Source: Lepidodermella squamata
Lineage: Eukaryota > Animalia > Gastrotricha
DNA: 64,000 bases
Assembly: GCA_047495785.1 (NCBI GenBank)
Contig: JBLDXI010000011.1
Location: 62,001-126,000, forward strand
Reading direction: 5' to 3'
Positions 34,441 to 48,601 of the stretch are shown piece after piece. The position numbers were made by a program, and so were the translations under genes. Position 1 is the stretch's first letter. The number at the start of each line of letters is the position of its first letter. The notes below the pieces were generated by a model. It was not told where the DNA came from and searched no databases. It saw only the letters and a list, made by a program, of their open reading frames with translations.

Positions 34441-36492
34441 ATGGGCTACATGAAATGGTGTTGTTTCTGGAACACAGTAAGTCTAACATCTTTCCATTAC
34501 AAGTTCAACTAACGTGATTTCCCAGGTTTACGACGGAACAATCGCGAGTGGAGTGCACATGCTGGTAAGAATCTTAATGCTGGTAAAATCGAAAATTCTA
34601 AATCTCATTTGCGATTTGCACAGCTATCGACTGTGACTTATATCGGCATGTGCTTCGCGCTGTTCTCGTTCGGCACGTACTACGGCGGCGAGTCGTCGAT
34701 CGCCATGGCGGCGCAGCACCGGCACCACAAACTGCAGCAGCAGCGTTCCTACTACCAAGCGCTGTCGGCAATGACCGGCGAGGTGCACGAGCCAGCGAAC
34801 GGCGGGGCGGCGAGCCTGCACGAGGACGAGTTCCAACGGCCGCTGCTCAGCGAAATCGAGCGTGACCTGTACGTGTACAGCTCTTTGATCATGATCTGCG
34901 TCAATCTGCCCATACTCATTACATCGCTTCTGCTCATCGTCGGGGCAGTCATGGTAATGTATTTTAGAGAGTTTAAATTCGAAGATCTTATGGCATAACC
35001 TTTATGACAGCGTAAGCCTAAGGTGATGTTCCTGTGGGTCGTCTCCATGGTGCCGTATCTAGTCATCGACACTATCTACCACAGCTTTCTATTCTATACT
35101 CTACTGGATTTCACTGATCTCGATGTAGGACAGTTTTTAAACTTTTTGAGCTTTAAAATGACTGGTCTGTATTTCCAGGCTCTTCAAGGATTTCTTTGGT
35201 TCCAGTTGTGGACCGTCATGATAATTATGTTCTGGGTATTCCGATGTGCTTTCGACGTACGTTCGTTATCAAAATTTGCCAGCAATTCCAAATAGATTCT
35301 TCCTATAGGTCTACGCAATTCTGTGTGTCATGTCGTTCCGCAATGAGATTCTGTGCTCTGGCAAGTCGAAAGTCCGCAATCTCTCCGAGTCTTCGGCCAC
35401 CACGCCGTTAGGCCCTAGCCCCTCGAAAGACCCTTCCAGCGGCGGGTCAAAGTACCGCAAAAACACGGATCCGGGCGAGAAAGGCTCGGCACTCAGCGCC
35501 ATTGCTAAATCAGGCCTAGGCCCATCAGCCGGCTTGTTCCCGGCCTCGTTCACAGCGGCCCTCGACGAAGACATGGCGCATAAGCAACACCTGGACGCAT
35601 TGCACAACGCCGCAGCGACTGCCGACATCCAGCACCAGTTGCTGCTCATGTCGGCCGCTCAGCACCTGGCGGCGGCTAGCGGCCTTCTCGCACCCGCTGC
35701 TGTCCCGGATCCAGCGCATCTGAACCAACAGCAAAATCTTATCGACTTACATTCGGCCGTAAAACCAACAGGTAAAGATTGATTCCAATACCAACTTTGA
35801 GGCTCTGGTGAGCTACACTTGAAATCTATGCCGCTTACAAAGAAGGTGGGGTAGATCTCAGGGTTAATGCAGAAATATGCTGTGTAAGGAACAACATGAG
35901 AGATTCAGTGTTGTAATCTCAATTTTAGTTTAACATTGATTCAGAGCCTTGTCTTATCCTGAATTTTGTCTTCATAGGGTCAACATTATCGCAATCGAAC
36001 TCGGTATCAGGTGTTGTTGCAGCAGCAATGACGTCTACTACAAATGCAAGTCCGGCGGTTGGGACACCCGGCACTTCGAGGCGCCCCCTTACCGGCTGGG
36101 GCATGTCTAAGTACCTACTTCGCCAACAGCAGCAGGCCCTCGCAATCGCAACTGGTCTCCACAAAAGCGGCATTCTACCGGCGAATACCCCGTTGATTGC
36201 CGTCGCACAGCAGGCTCTGGCACAGGGGCATTCTTACGGAGGGGCAAGCGCGAATAAACCGATGAATAGCTTACAGGTGCCCGGGCAACCGCCGGCTGCT
36301 GCTGATGGCAGTGGGAAGCCGGGAACAACTGTGACTGCGGCGACGTCGGGGCAGCAAGCGGCCGGCAGTGATCCAAACGCGCCGGTGCCGATTTCGAGCC
36401 AGTCGAAGCGGTACACGAAACAGTGGCTGAAGATGACGCGGCAGGACGGCATCGAAGACTTCAGCTCGCAGTCGCTCATCGACGCTGTTTGA
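34441..36492 (+). CDS. Four-TM membrane protein (LAPTM4/DUF4728-like layout) with a long low-complexity C-terminal tail; multi-exon
   Basis: First exon MGYMKWCCFWNT then GTAAGT. Hydrophobic segments in ORFs 34609-34998 and 35023-35295; tail in 35330-35782 and 36028-36492. Paralog at 56972-58882. Confidence 0.65.
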
Positions 36493-36621
36493 TGCATGCT
36501 ACATACTTATCTCATTGGATGAATGATACCGATGTCTATGATATTATACTGGTGTTATTCTTACTCGATACGTTTTCAGGCATGGCAATAAAAACTCATT
36601 TATTTCCGATTTATTTCTGAA

Positions 36622-38628
36622 TTATATTTTGTAATATCGCCGGCGACCGGATTCTAGACTCCGGTTCGATGCGTTGAACACGCCGTTGAACGGCAGTGTC
36701 TGCGGCTGGATGTTGAACATCTCTCGCAGGAGAGCCGTCAGACCTGCGCCTAACAAGGCAGATAAAACAAGGCCCGGTATAAAAGAAACGCCGGCTCGGG
36801 TCAGCACGCGCCAATCGACGTCGTTGCCGCGACTGCGCCACAGAGCGACAAAGGCGAAGGAGAACAGCTCGCAGTGCAGCGATGAGACGGGCAGGCCGAG
36901 TTGGCCAGCTGCCAGCACCACCAGAGCTGCCCCAGCATGCACGCAGAGCTGCACAGGAGACGGAACCTCATTGATTGGGACAGCCTAAAACAGGATAAAT
37001 CATGAATTTTCCAAGTTAGAGGATGATGCTTCCGCCAGAGTTGGCTCAAATTCTAATCGTGTGAAGTCGGTTTTCAGTAACAAAATCGGAATACAGCTCT
37101 GAAGCTAGAAATATGCATAACCCATTTTTCATTTTTTCATGCGTTTGAAAGTATCGATTACTGGAAGTATAGCCGAAAGTACCTTGCTTGATTCGAGTTG
37201 ATCATCTTGTTGCCGGTTGAGAATCCAGAAGCCAGCACTCATCCCAACAGCGCCGACAACGCCGACCCACCAGCCGAGGTCGGAATCCGGCCGACTGGCC
37301 TGCGCGACCAACAGACCGTAGACGACTCGAACAGGCGCCATGACATTCGCGAGGCCGTTCACGGACTTGGCCAGCAAGGCAACGCAGCCAATGACTATCA
37401 ATGCCCTGCCACAGCCCTGGTCCCGCTTCGGCGCCTTCTCCCGCTTTGCCTGTTCCGCCTTCAGCTTTTCTGCAGCTGCCAGCATATCGCGGTGATGCTG
37501 AGCTCGGGTGTGCGATTCGAACGTAACGTCAAACCTTTCCGGAGGCAGAGCTCGTGGCGATTTTGGCGTTAGCAATCTCGGATAGCTTGAGTAGTAGATC
37601 TCATCGAGGCTGTTTAACAAATTATCAGCTTCCGCAAACTCGGCCGGAACGAGAAGGTACTCCGTGCAGAGGGTGTGCTCGACAAATGGCACCACGGCGC
37701 CGCCCTCCTTCGCCAGCTGAACCCTCGGCGCCGACTTGGACTCGCGTTTCTTCTTCAGAATTGGCTTCGGGACAATTGTGGAGACATGGTGATGTAGGTG
37801 GTGATCGTGAGGTTGCCCCCGCGGTCTCACGAGGATCAGCCAACTGAGGCCTAGGGTTACGATGCCGACTGCGACGCTGGTGACGAGGACGAACCACCAC
37901 GGCGTGTCATCGAGCCCAAGCAGCGACGAGCCGTGATACGCTAGGCAAAAGCAAGTCGCGGTCGCAAAGAAGGCACAAACACCTAACAGAAACAAGAGCC
38001 GATAATTAGGATAGCTTGCTATCTAACAACAAATGTCGTTGAATTACTCACCTGGTAAAGAGCGATGGACCACGAGGTAGATGAGTGTGGCGAGAACTCC
38101 TGACGCGACGGGTGAAGCTAGCCATGCAATGAGCACCCATAGGCAGGTTGTAGTTTCGATTGCCCCGGTTGATTCATGCGTTACCAAGGACACGCCTATC
38201 AAGGCGGGCACAACCAGATGAGCTGGGGACACTGGCATGTGGACAACACTCAGCCCGAGGGTGACAATCAACGGGCCGAGCACGGCGGAGAGGTAGCCGA
38301 CTAGCAGCAAGTCCAACGCTCCAGGCTCCGCGATTAGGTACTGCTTAGGCGGGGCAATCGCTAGACCGGTCGTGGCTACGGTCGTTGCTATGAGCGGGCC
38401 CTGCACGAGGGACCCAACGATGAAGAGAACGGTGGCTAGAATTTGAACGTGCCAAGGTCGCAATCGGCCTCGCGTGATGCTGCGACCGATCGTGGACAAT
38501 CCGCTGAGAAACGCGAGCAGGAAACCCGTCAGAAAAGCGCATGCTGCTATCAACGGCCTTGATTTTATTAACACCAAAATTCTGACAATTCGGCAATTCT
38601 TAGAAAAGCTTTACCTCAGAACCGACAT
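36622..38628 (-). CDS. Divergent SLC20/PiT (PHO4 family) phosphate transporter-like protein; multi-exon
   Basis: Two PiT half repeats: MPVSPAHLVVPALIG..IAWLASPVASGVL and LGLPVSSLHC..VDWRVL. SVNGLANVMAP aligns with GANDVANAIGP. The start codon at 38628 is inferred. Confidence 0.75.
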
Positions 38629-39671
38629 ACTGGTGGCAGCAGCAGCAGCAGCTATTCAAGACATGTGTATGTTGGTGTGTTAGACTCGCAAATTTGCCAC
38701 TGACAATGCCAGTAACAATGGCAGTGATGCAGCTGAAAGAATGGATATGCCAACCAATTAGGCAGTGTTTTATTACGTTTAAACGAGATGAATTAGAAAA
38801 GCCACAGTGTTGTCATGCTCACATAGTGTTGTTGATTCCATGAAGTAGTGTACAACCACCACAGCGGTTTCGTGTCAAGTGGTTTCACTCTCGTCTTTAA
38901 CTGCCTGGCATTATACTGTGTAGAGTGGATTTACAGAATTTCGACTCTTTACATTCCTATTGCACGAAAACGATTTATGGCGAAGTCACTCCGCAATGTT
39001 CAGTCCAGACTCGATAAATAGTGAGAATAAATATACAGAATTCATTTCTTGAAGCCAAATTTAGATCATTTAGATCGCAATTCCTCATTATGCTTACTAA
39101 TAAAATAGATAGCTGGACCCTCGAAGTCTCGAACTAGGACAGAACTCTCTATTGAAGACATTGAAGACAGACTCATCCATGATCAGTTGATATTATCGGC
39201 GATTGGGCATGTTTTTTCAACCATAATTTCGTCGGTACTACGCAAAAGTTGACATCACGAGTAGAAAATTAACTAAGCAATAAAGTGCTAAAAGCGTGGG
39301 CTGCCTCGACATATAAGCAGCCTAGCTTCGGTGATAGGGAAAATGATCCGAGGAAATAGTGAAAAGTTGGTTGTAGCGACGAAATCAACGTCTTCAACAA
39401 TTACCTTGCATTTCTCTAAACCCCAGGGCACTTTTCCTATAATTTTTCGGCTGCTGCTGCGTGGCGTTTCAACAGACGTGTTGCCAAATCCGCGAAGACA
39501 CGTTCGACAATCAGATATCAGATCGAGTTGGCTAATTACATGTGTTGCTGAGCAAATGTTAGTAAAGCATACAAGTAATTGCGTTAGAACCGTCATCTGC
39601 ACCTGCTAAAGGCTTTTCTCAGTCCGAAACTCAAATTCACAGTAAATTGTTTATGTCGAAAGACTCAACAA

Positions 39672-41309
39672 ATGGAACAGGTTAGAAACGCAACACTTAT
39701 GCCTGGGAACAGTTGGCTGCTGGTCGACTTGCCCGAGAATGGCTTCGACGGTCCGCGGCCGTACTTTGCGGCGTGGTTCTACGAAGTGGCGGACTCGCAC
39801 CAGACGATCGACGACCGGCTGCCCTACGCCGTGCTGACCATTCTGTTCGCTGTGCTCGGAATAGCCGCGAGCGTGGGTGACGTGGTCATGTACCACCGGC
39901 GGAAAGTCAATCGTGACCTGCTCATGCTGTGCGCCATCTCAGCCGCTCGCAACGTGGCCTGGGCGGTGAACCTTACGTATGGCATGCTGGTCCCATTGCG
40001 CACCGGTTACTGGTACGCCGGAGAATTCGCGTGCCAACTGTTCTTGTGTGTTAACGCCTGCCTCGGCTGCTACGGCATGTTCATCAACCTGCTCATCAGC
40101 TACGAACGCCGTCTCTGCGTCACAACCACGACGCTACACAAGTCGAACACGGTCAAGGTAAAATGGTTACCTTTACATTATGGGTTTTGGAATGAAAGCT
40201 ACACTTGTTCAACAACAAACAGAGAATAGAAAGCAAGTCGGGGTTAAAGGGCTGGTTGCCGAAATTCAGGATAGGTGATAGTTCCTCATGGAATTTTACG
40301 CGCCTAATTGTCTTCGAATTATAGCAATCGCTTTGTTGATAGGGGTAAATTTCATTTTCTAACTCGGCTTCGAGAATATCCACAACTTGGTCACATCCAG
40401 GCTTCCGATTTTTTTCGCCACACAGGACCTCGCTCAGCAACAGACGCAATTCCTCATTAAAATCGTTGAGTGATAGGGGTATAGTTAATCGGCGTTTGAG
40501 ACCGTGTGAAGAAGGTCAATTTTAGGCATTTTCAGTTTGAAATTCTCTATTTCCGTGCTAATTAATTACAAGTTTAATTTACATACTATTTTATTTAAGG
40601 TCCCAACTCGCTCTAAAGTTAGCTTTTTCAGCTGTCGTCGTTAGCCATAACCCTATTCATCGTATGCGCCGCTCTTTCCGTTATGATCTCCTTCGCCCCT
40701 TTCCAGGTGATGAGCGTTAGGTGGCTGGTGCTCACCAACAACATCGGAACCAACACCACATTTTACGAAGCTGTGCCTATCTGTGGCATCTTCGCAAAGC
40801 ACTTGGTAGGCCCCGCCGACTGCGTGCTGCCAGGCGTTGTGTTCTTCCAGTTCGCGTCGCAAATCGCGTGTGCTGGCCTTGCTCGTAACTACTGGGCGGT
40901 GTTTCGCACCATCCGAACCGTACGCTTGCAGTGGGGCCGCCACGCTGACACATCGCCGATCGAGCAGGAGTGGTACGCAAGGGAGATGTTTGTGGCTAAG
41001 CAGTCACTTGTTGCCTTTCTTGTCTACATGGGCTGCCACTTGCCGCTTGCTGTACACAACGTCCTCGCGCTGTTCTACCGGGAGATCGGACCTGTTTACG
41101 CCACCGCCAACCTTATGCAATTCGGCAAACTGCTCTTCCTCCTTGAAATGACTGCATCCGCCGCTGTCAGATCGCTGAAGCCCGGCTTCTCGAGGCGGCT
41201 GCCCTCGCTATTCAGCAACACGTGCTCCTTTTTATCAAGGAAAAACACAGTGTTGACGCTCGCGTCGACGATAAGGACTGTGGAAGTCAAACCGAAGCCG
41301 TTTGCGTGA
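39672..41309 (+). CDS. Orphan rhodopsin-like (class A) 7TM GPCR; exons 39672-40157 and 40632-41309
   Basis: ECL1 WYAGEFAC, TM3 end ISYERR (DRY-like), TM6 CHLP. The phase-0 intron GTAAAA...TTTTTCAG joins the two ORFs in frame. Confidence 0.8.
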
Positions 41310-42106
41310 ATTTTCTTGGAGAATGAGCAAGTTCAAGCACAACCGACGAGGGCGCTGAATAGAGCTGAAAAATTCCCATGAAGCTGCGTAATTTCAGCCT
41401 CTGTTTGGCGGTTCTATCGATCTCGGCAAACTGGAGCCCTATTTCACATCCGTTTAGTATTTTTCACATTTTCGTTCTGTTTATTTGAATGTTTATTCTG
41501 ATTTCGTCCATCTCGCGTTTGGAGCTACCATCATATGAGTGTTCCTTTTTCCAGCGAAGAGCGAGCTCGAGATTACATAAATATCGAAATAAATTCGTAT
41601 TTTGTTATTGAAGAATGAAGGTTTTGGTATTGGGTATTGTTAAACTACTAATCAGAGTTGGACAGGGTGCAACTTTCAAAGGGATGGGGATGGGGTAACG
41701 TCTCTTCAAAATCTCTTGAATTCGTGTTTGAAATCACCAGTCTTTGTGGCATATTCTGCAAAAGAAATTGGTTTCCAGTTTCTAGTACCAGGTTCCGAAA
41801 TCGCATCCTGAATTCTTCATTTCAGCATCATATCATTTCACAGAATCATGGAAATTGCTGAAAGCAGCGGTACGCGGCAATCGATATCATAATCGAAAAA
41901 TAGAGGCATTTATGTGGCGATTGCTCAATCTTTGATGCGCAAAAATAATGCAATTTTCCAGTAGAGTCCGTGCCTTATATAGAATATGCTTTTATTTGCA
42001 TATTTCTTCTCGAGGAATTTCGACCGTATTTTGTTGATACGAGTTGATACACACGAAACAAGTTTTATTACGAAATAATGGAGTGATAATGAAGTTTGCA
42101 ATGTGG

Positions 42107-45078
42107 CTATACAGGTCCAGTTATGACAATGGTCGGTGGAGCAGGGCGCCGCCTGATTGTAACTGATACCATTTCGCTGTCGATCGAAGCCGAATTTGTC
42201 GTCGAATTGGCCGAGCGATAACGAGCCAGCCGTTCATCGACGAATCGAACGCATTTCGGAGCTTCATAGGCAATCACACTTGTCGACATGGAAAATGCCA
42301 GCAAGGCGATGGCGATAAGGGAAATGCGCGAGAATTCGTCGATCTGCAAGGCCCACAGCGAGAAAGCTGATATTGCAAACAGCACACCGCCATTTAGAGT
42401 TGCATAATTTGTTATTTTTATATCTGGAATTTGTGGCGATCGGCGATTTTTTGATATGGAGAGCACGCCGATAGCGAGGCTGGATCCTAAAGACACGAAT
42501 TGCAAGCCACCGAATGCGATAATCCAGTAGATTTGATCGCGAGATGTGCACTCGATTGAAGTCAGATCATAGTAGTAGTCGCCGGTCGAGTCGAATTCAA
42601 CCGATGAAACGCGGCTTGTCAATCCGATAACGCCGTTGCCTGACAACCAAATACCTGTAACACAGAAAGGAACCGGATCAAAAATATATAACATCGCGAT
42701 CATGACCGTGGAAGTTAAACCAAAGTAGTAGAAAAATCACCTAAGAAGGGTACTAACCAGAGGAGCTGCTAGAGGAACAGTTTTTCGGCATTCCTTGGAC
42801 TGCTAAGGAATGTTTTAATTTGGAATTGTTGCGATGAAGCTGCTGTATTCATCATGTTATGTGATTTCGTATTACCATTTTATCCCGAGTTCGATACTAT
42901 TTTTTTACAAATTAAGTGGAATTTTCTTCCTTGCCTGGTTTCGCTACTTCAAATGAGTTCCTGGGAGAAACCATTTTTTCTCAAATTAATTATTAAAGTT
43001 GATGCTAACAATAACTTATTGTTCTTATTCTTAATCTTACCTAGTGCTACGACGTGCAGTGTGACGAATGCGAGCGGGCATGTGAATCTTGCGATTCGTA
43101 GGCGTTTGCGCCGTATCGCCTGGTACGCTGCATCAACGGGCGTGCTTACCTTGGCGCGCTCAAGTGAGCCAACGCGGGATCGCACGCGACGCACGACGCG
43201 TGACAGGTGGCGCGACACGGGCGCTGACTTGCGCCGGTAGTCGCCGCAGTAGTAGATGCGAACGCGGTCGGCATGCCGGCTGGGCGCTGTCACAGGCTGC
43301 TCACCACTCTCACACACCTTCAGGAAGAGAAAAGACTTTCAAGTTTATGGCAGCTTAATTTCATGGCCAAAAATTTACAAGAAGCGCCATGCGTGTTGCA
43401 AGCCACGAATCTATTAGGCCGAGGCCAATGACCGCTGAAATCATCCGGGTGTAGCATAATGCCTCGTGAGGTGGCTCGAAGACCCATAGAACAGCCGCTG
43501 CATTGACCAGCAGACAACCAGCTGTTAAATCACCGAAATTTGCGCCATTCTTCACTGTTCGAGCAATTTGATAGCCACTGATCAAGAAGGCAGCAATCGA
43601 TATGGAAATCGATAAAGCGATCGGAGGTGATGCTTGCAGGTGTTCTATGTGAGACAAATCTTTAGGCAGTCGTTCGTTGCGTAGAATTTCAGTTCGAAAA
43701 TCGCCAGTTGCCAGGTGACGAACTCGCCAGATGTTTCTGAGACTGCCCCGGCGATACTTGGCTAGCCACATGTCCTCAGCCGCGATTTCGAGGCGGGGCG
43801 GGGCGTAACTGATTCGGCCTATCCTAAGGCCATTGAAGTCTAGAGAAGCCGCGGAGCTATTGATGATTTTCGCGAAATCGATAATCGATAAATCACTACG
43901 CTTCGCAGCCCCCATCGATCGATTCAGGGTTAGAATAGCCGCTAGCATGGTGTCGTGACACAGATGGCGAGATGAATAGTCTGGAGCCCATCGGAATTCC
44001 GCCATTTCGGACTCGAACCAATTCAAGTCGTAGCCGAGTGGGGTAGGTAGGATAGGCCGATTCTGATCTTCGAGGACTGAGTCCGGGGGGTAACCTGCCC
44101 AAATTACAGCTCGATATTGGCCAAAAATGTTACATCCGGGTGGCAGTTGGGCGATTTTATCTTGAAAAATGAAAAAATTTGGAATGCGGAATTCGTGATT
44201 CAACATGCCAAACATACTTGGATCAACAAAGCTATTTCTTGGTACGATGAACAGGTACTGGGGTGCTTTCATACCCAAATCGTAGGTATGGCACAGAATT
44301 TGGAGCATTGTCGAAGATTGGCTGGTAGCCAAGATGAAAATGCGTAGATTCTCATCTCGCAGCTTCACAAGAGCCGATCGGTCGAAACTGGTCCTCGCAT
44401 CGAATCGAACTGATATCGATTCGGGGAGGGCGATCATGAGCTGGCGGGCGATAGCCATTTCGTCGACACTGGTCGGCGTGGTTAGCACGGCGAGATGGCG
44501 CCATTTGCCGATCCGCGTGACAAAATCAACAAGGGCAGGTACGAGATTTTCGGCGGGTGAAACGAGTCGGTACAAATTCGGCGTCATTTTGTAACGGAAC
44601 CGCAGCGAGACGACAGATGGACCGGAACACGCCATTGAGAAGTGCGTCATGTGAAACTGGCGTAGAATTGTTGAAACCTAGCGAAATTCAATAATAAGAA
44701 AGCAAGGTTGAACATCGAGACACTTACAGAGTGGCAATTCGAGTTTGGTCCGACTACGACTGGCGAAATGATTCCTCCATTCCTACCATCCATTGATCGA
44801 AGGAATTCGACTGCTGCCCGGGGCGCAGCTTGGCCCGACCGAGCCTCGTCTCGCACGGCCATTTCGATGCGGTAACCTCGCAGGGTGTCCAGGCGTGTGT
44901 TTGCAACATCGATCACAACTTGCATTGCAGCGAGGCATGCTGTTGCATTCGACGGCTCGCGACCACTCAATGGCACGAGAGTGAGGATCTTCAACGATAC
45001 CGATTGATCGCCGTCAGGCAATGGTATCGAGTTAACGAATATTGCCACGTTATAAATAAAAATCATCAAGAAACGCAT
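42107..45078 (-). CDS. GABA-B-receptor-like class C GPCR (Venus flytrap plus 7TM), copy A; multi-exon
   Basis: Signal peptide MRFLMIFIYNVAIFVNS; ANTRLDTLRGYRI; TPNLYRL..WRHLAVL; YDLGMKAPQYLFI; 7TM ending in TSVIAYEAPK; no cysteine-rich linker, as in GABA-B receptors. Confidence 0.8.
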
Positions 45079-46398
45079 TTCGTTTAGAATTGATGACGCC
45101 TTTTTCGTGTTAATGGAACACTGACGTTTCATCAGCAAAAATCACATCGCTATAATCGTGTTGAAAAATGCACTCAAAAATGGATTTGTGTATTTTAGGC
45201 GGCCGGCTGGTCAGCTAATCGTGCATTGCCTCGATGTATTAGAGAGTAAAGGATGAGGCGAGCCGCATCCGCAGGATTCAAATTTCCGCAACTTCTCGTG
45301 TGTACACATCTTCATCGTCATCAGTACTGTACGACACCCTCTTGCCTGATAAATATCACATGTTTTAGTGCTAAATCGTGGGTCCTGATATGAATTTACG
45401 CCTTCAGAGATGGCAACAAATAAATCGACACGCAGTGAAGCACTGAAAGCCAGACATAGAAGGTAATGAATGGCCATGCAGTAAGCAGGAATATTCTGAA
45501 AACTTGTTCAGAGCTTGAATTTTCATCCCAATCGACAAGTAGATTTAGGCTATAATGAGGCCGGAATGCATGGAGGAGACAGCTGTGAAAAAACTGAAAA
45601 ATTCATTTATCACGTAACAGTTGATTTGTATTCCCCATCAGCTTAATAGCCGCTGCCACGACTCTTTACATCGCCCATGGCCCGGAGACTGGCTTTTTAT
45701 GAAAACTCTGGTAGGGGGCTGTAGCGGTTCTAACGTGCAAATTGACGCAGCTGCGTATAGAAAGTGAAGGAGCAGTCGAACCATCTAGTATCTAGTGTAG
45801 TTCCACCCGGAGCCCCGTCTGTTTTTCGCTCCTGCTTTCTGTAGGGAACCGTTGAATGTGAATATTCGCGGCGATTTCGTCAGTAATTCTAAACTTATGT
45901 CAACACAATCGAGCAAACTCTGGTGTTGCTTAACTTGACGTACATTTTGTGAATTGCGAGTACTACAACGCATACGCATTTGAAAAATTCCATGAGTAAT
46001 CCGCCTTTACGACGTTATAATTCAGCTCGTGGACGTCATGTGCCGTGCGGCAAACACTGAATGATGTTAATTGGCGGTTGCAGGTCGCAATTGAAAGCCG
46101 AGTGCGGCTACAGCTAAAAAACGCAGCCCGCACGTGCCGCTCAGACCTAGAAATTGGACGGTGTGTTTGAGGCGCACACGCCTGCCACCCAGACATCGCA
46201 CCCGCCGATCACATGCTACTGATAAACACCAAATACGCTATTACATCAAAATTCACTGGCGAAATTTATTCGAATTATTATCCTAATATGAAATATCGAT
46301 GCAGGCAATTGGCCCGTTTTAAGTATCAAGTGCTGCAGAGAGTTGAAACTCCTCTCTGTTCACTTCATACTTACGGCGGGTTGTTGGCGCTATACGTA

Positions 46399-48601
46399 TC
46401 ACCGAAAGCAGACAACGCGGTTGTCTCCCAGAATAGCCACCAAAATGTAAATTCCACCATTAGTTCTATTTAAAACAGGCATGACAATACTGCAAGTCAT
46501 CGATGCTTCTATTTCGGCTAGATATCGCCTCGTCGGCTGCTCATCGTCGCCAGATTTACGACTTTCTAACAAATACTTCTGTCCCACGGCTTCGTAGGTC
46601 ACAGCATTGGCTCGGTTTTTCGACTCGACTTCGACTGGGCGGAATATTTGGAAGCGTTTGTTGCCGGAATCTGCGACCAGCAAGTGACCGGCTGCGTCGA
46701 AAGCAAGCCCAAGTGGCCGTTGCACTGCGCCAGGCTGCGAGCCCTCCGTCGCGAGAGTATTTAAAAGCTGGAAGATCAGACCCAACTTTCCTGTATAAAA
46801 CATGTTGGTGAGAAAGATTTTGAAAATATTAATGCGAAACCTGTTTCAGCTGTTCCAATTCCTTTACTAGATACCTCCGATGCTTGAGCAGTAACATGGA
46901 ACAAGTGAATCTGTGAATTAGTGCTATCGCTAACTGCGAGCAGGCGTCTGGCGGTTCGATCATCAACGTCTTTCCCAATGTTCGTACGTAGAGCCAGTCG
47001 ATAAGGCGTGAAACCTCCAGGCATTAGGATCTCGAAAAGTAGCGATCCGACAGATGAATCGCTGGCGAATACAGCTATGTTCCTTTTGACGAAAGCATCA
47101 GCTGAGAAAATCAACTGCAGCTGCGAATCGCAGGCGAGGCCGAAAAATTTGCGTTCTTCCGAGGCTTCAACGTAAAACGGCTCCATCGGCAGAACATCAG
47201 TCGCTATATTATCGACGATTTTTGTGAAGAAAATGCCTTGATCCGAGATTGAAATGTACAGCCGGCATAAGGTATCGTCGAAGCAAGCGTGGTTGATCGG
47301 CTGAGAGACATCCAGCTGCCGTTTCCAGCGAATTTCAGCTGTTGCAGTGTCGACGCCGAGCACTTGGCCCTGCGAGCAGATGACGAGATTCAGGTCGGCT
47401 GCTTCACAGCAACACATCGCGATGACGTCGGATTCAGTTTGTAGCCACGGCGATTCGTCGAGTTTCATGCCGGACCAATATTCACGTTCAAAAGGCGTCC
47501 ACGTTTTGAATTCATATTCGCTGTCTGAATCGGAGTCTGTAAATATTACATTTACTTTAAAATTGATAATAAATGCGTCCAATGTGAAGACTGCACCACC
47601 TAATTTACCCAAAATTCAGCTCGTCGAGTTTGGCTTATTATTAGTGACACCTAAAATGCGTCTACAGATAACCCTAACTGTCATCATTATCGAAGACTTA
47701 ATTTAGACCTCGAGAAAATAAGAGACCTGAAGGGTGATTCCTGTCCCTTTCGTAACATACCGTCGTGTCCTAGCGGATTGCGTAGAAGGGCATCCTGGAC
47801 TGTCTGTTGGCCTTCGGGTACGAGTGTTAGAAGGTCTTCAAGTAACTGCGCCATCTTCTCTTTGTACTGCCCCGGCAGATCGAACGTTCTTTCCACAGCT
47901 ACGATCTCGCTGTACTGCTCTAGCAAGTCAGACGAGTCGGTCGCAAATGGCTTTCGAAGAGTCGCAATCTCGAACAGCAGTACGCCGGCAGCCCACATGC
48001 AGCTTTTCGTTGCGAGATCCTCGGCTGATTCGCCGAATTCAGCGCTGCCATACGTCGCGCTGTTAGGCAGCCCATAGCAAGAACCAGGTACTTCAAAGTT
48101 ATCTTCAAAATCCGATATTTTGACGCATTTGGAGTCAGGGCTCACGAAAACATTTTGAGTATTCAGCCGAGGAGCAATCAAGTTATTTTCAAGCAAATGA
48201 GCTAGACCACCAAAGATTTGTTGAGCGAATTGACGAATCAGTTGTTTTGGCAGTAAGCGCTTCCGCCGATTTTTCAGGAATTTTCGAAGAGTTATCCAGT
48301 CGCAGTATTCGCAGACAAGGTACAAGGTACCGCTCGCATCAGTAAAATGGCCCAAAATTTCGACAAGGTTATCGTTTTTGCTCACCTCGAGCAATTTGTC
48401 CAGTTTGTCCAAGTCAGGTTTATCAATTTTGAACTGTTTTAATACGACCCACGTCTTGTTAACAGCGTCGACTTTTGGATGGGCGAGCTCAGTCGGTCCA
48501 TAGCGTCCCTGTCCGATGGTTTTTATTACTTCAAAGTCGCCGAGGCTCAGCTTTGCATTTCCGACCCTGGAATCGTCGTTTTTTCTGCCACTGCCAGCCA
48601 T
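46399..48601 (-). CDS. Pseudokinase-NHL beta-propeller fusion protein, copy A
   Basis: Kinase-fold exon 48601-47761 (GQGRYG, VVLK, APRLNTQN, DFE, MWAAGVLLFE) joins by a phase-1 GTATGT...TTTACAG intron to a propeller exon starting at 47536. Last exon contains RPLGLAFDAAGHLLVADSGNKR. Confidence 0.82.

Noticed and set aside
36629-36639. TTGTAATATCG complementary to the element's PBS region
   Set aside because: An 11-bp AT-rich match inside an unrelated coding 3' end, consistent with chance.
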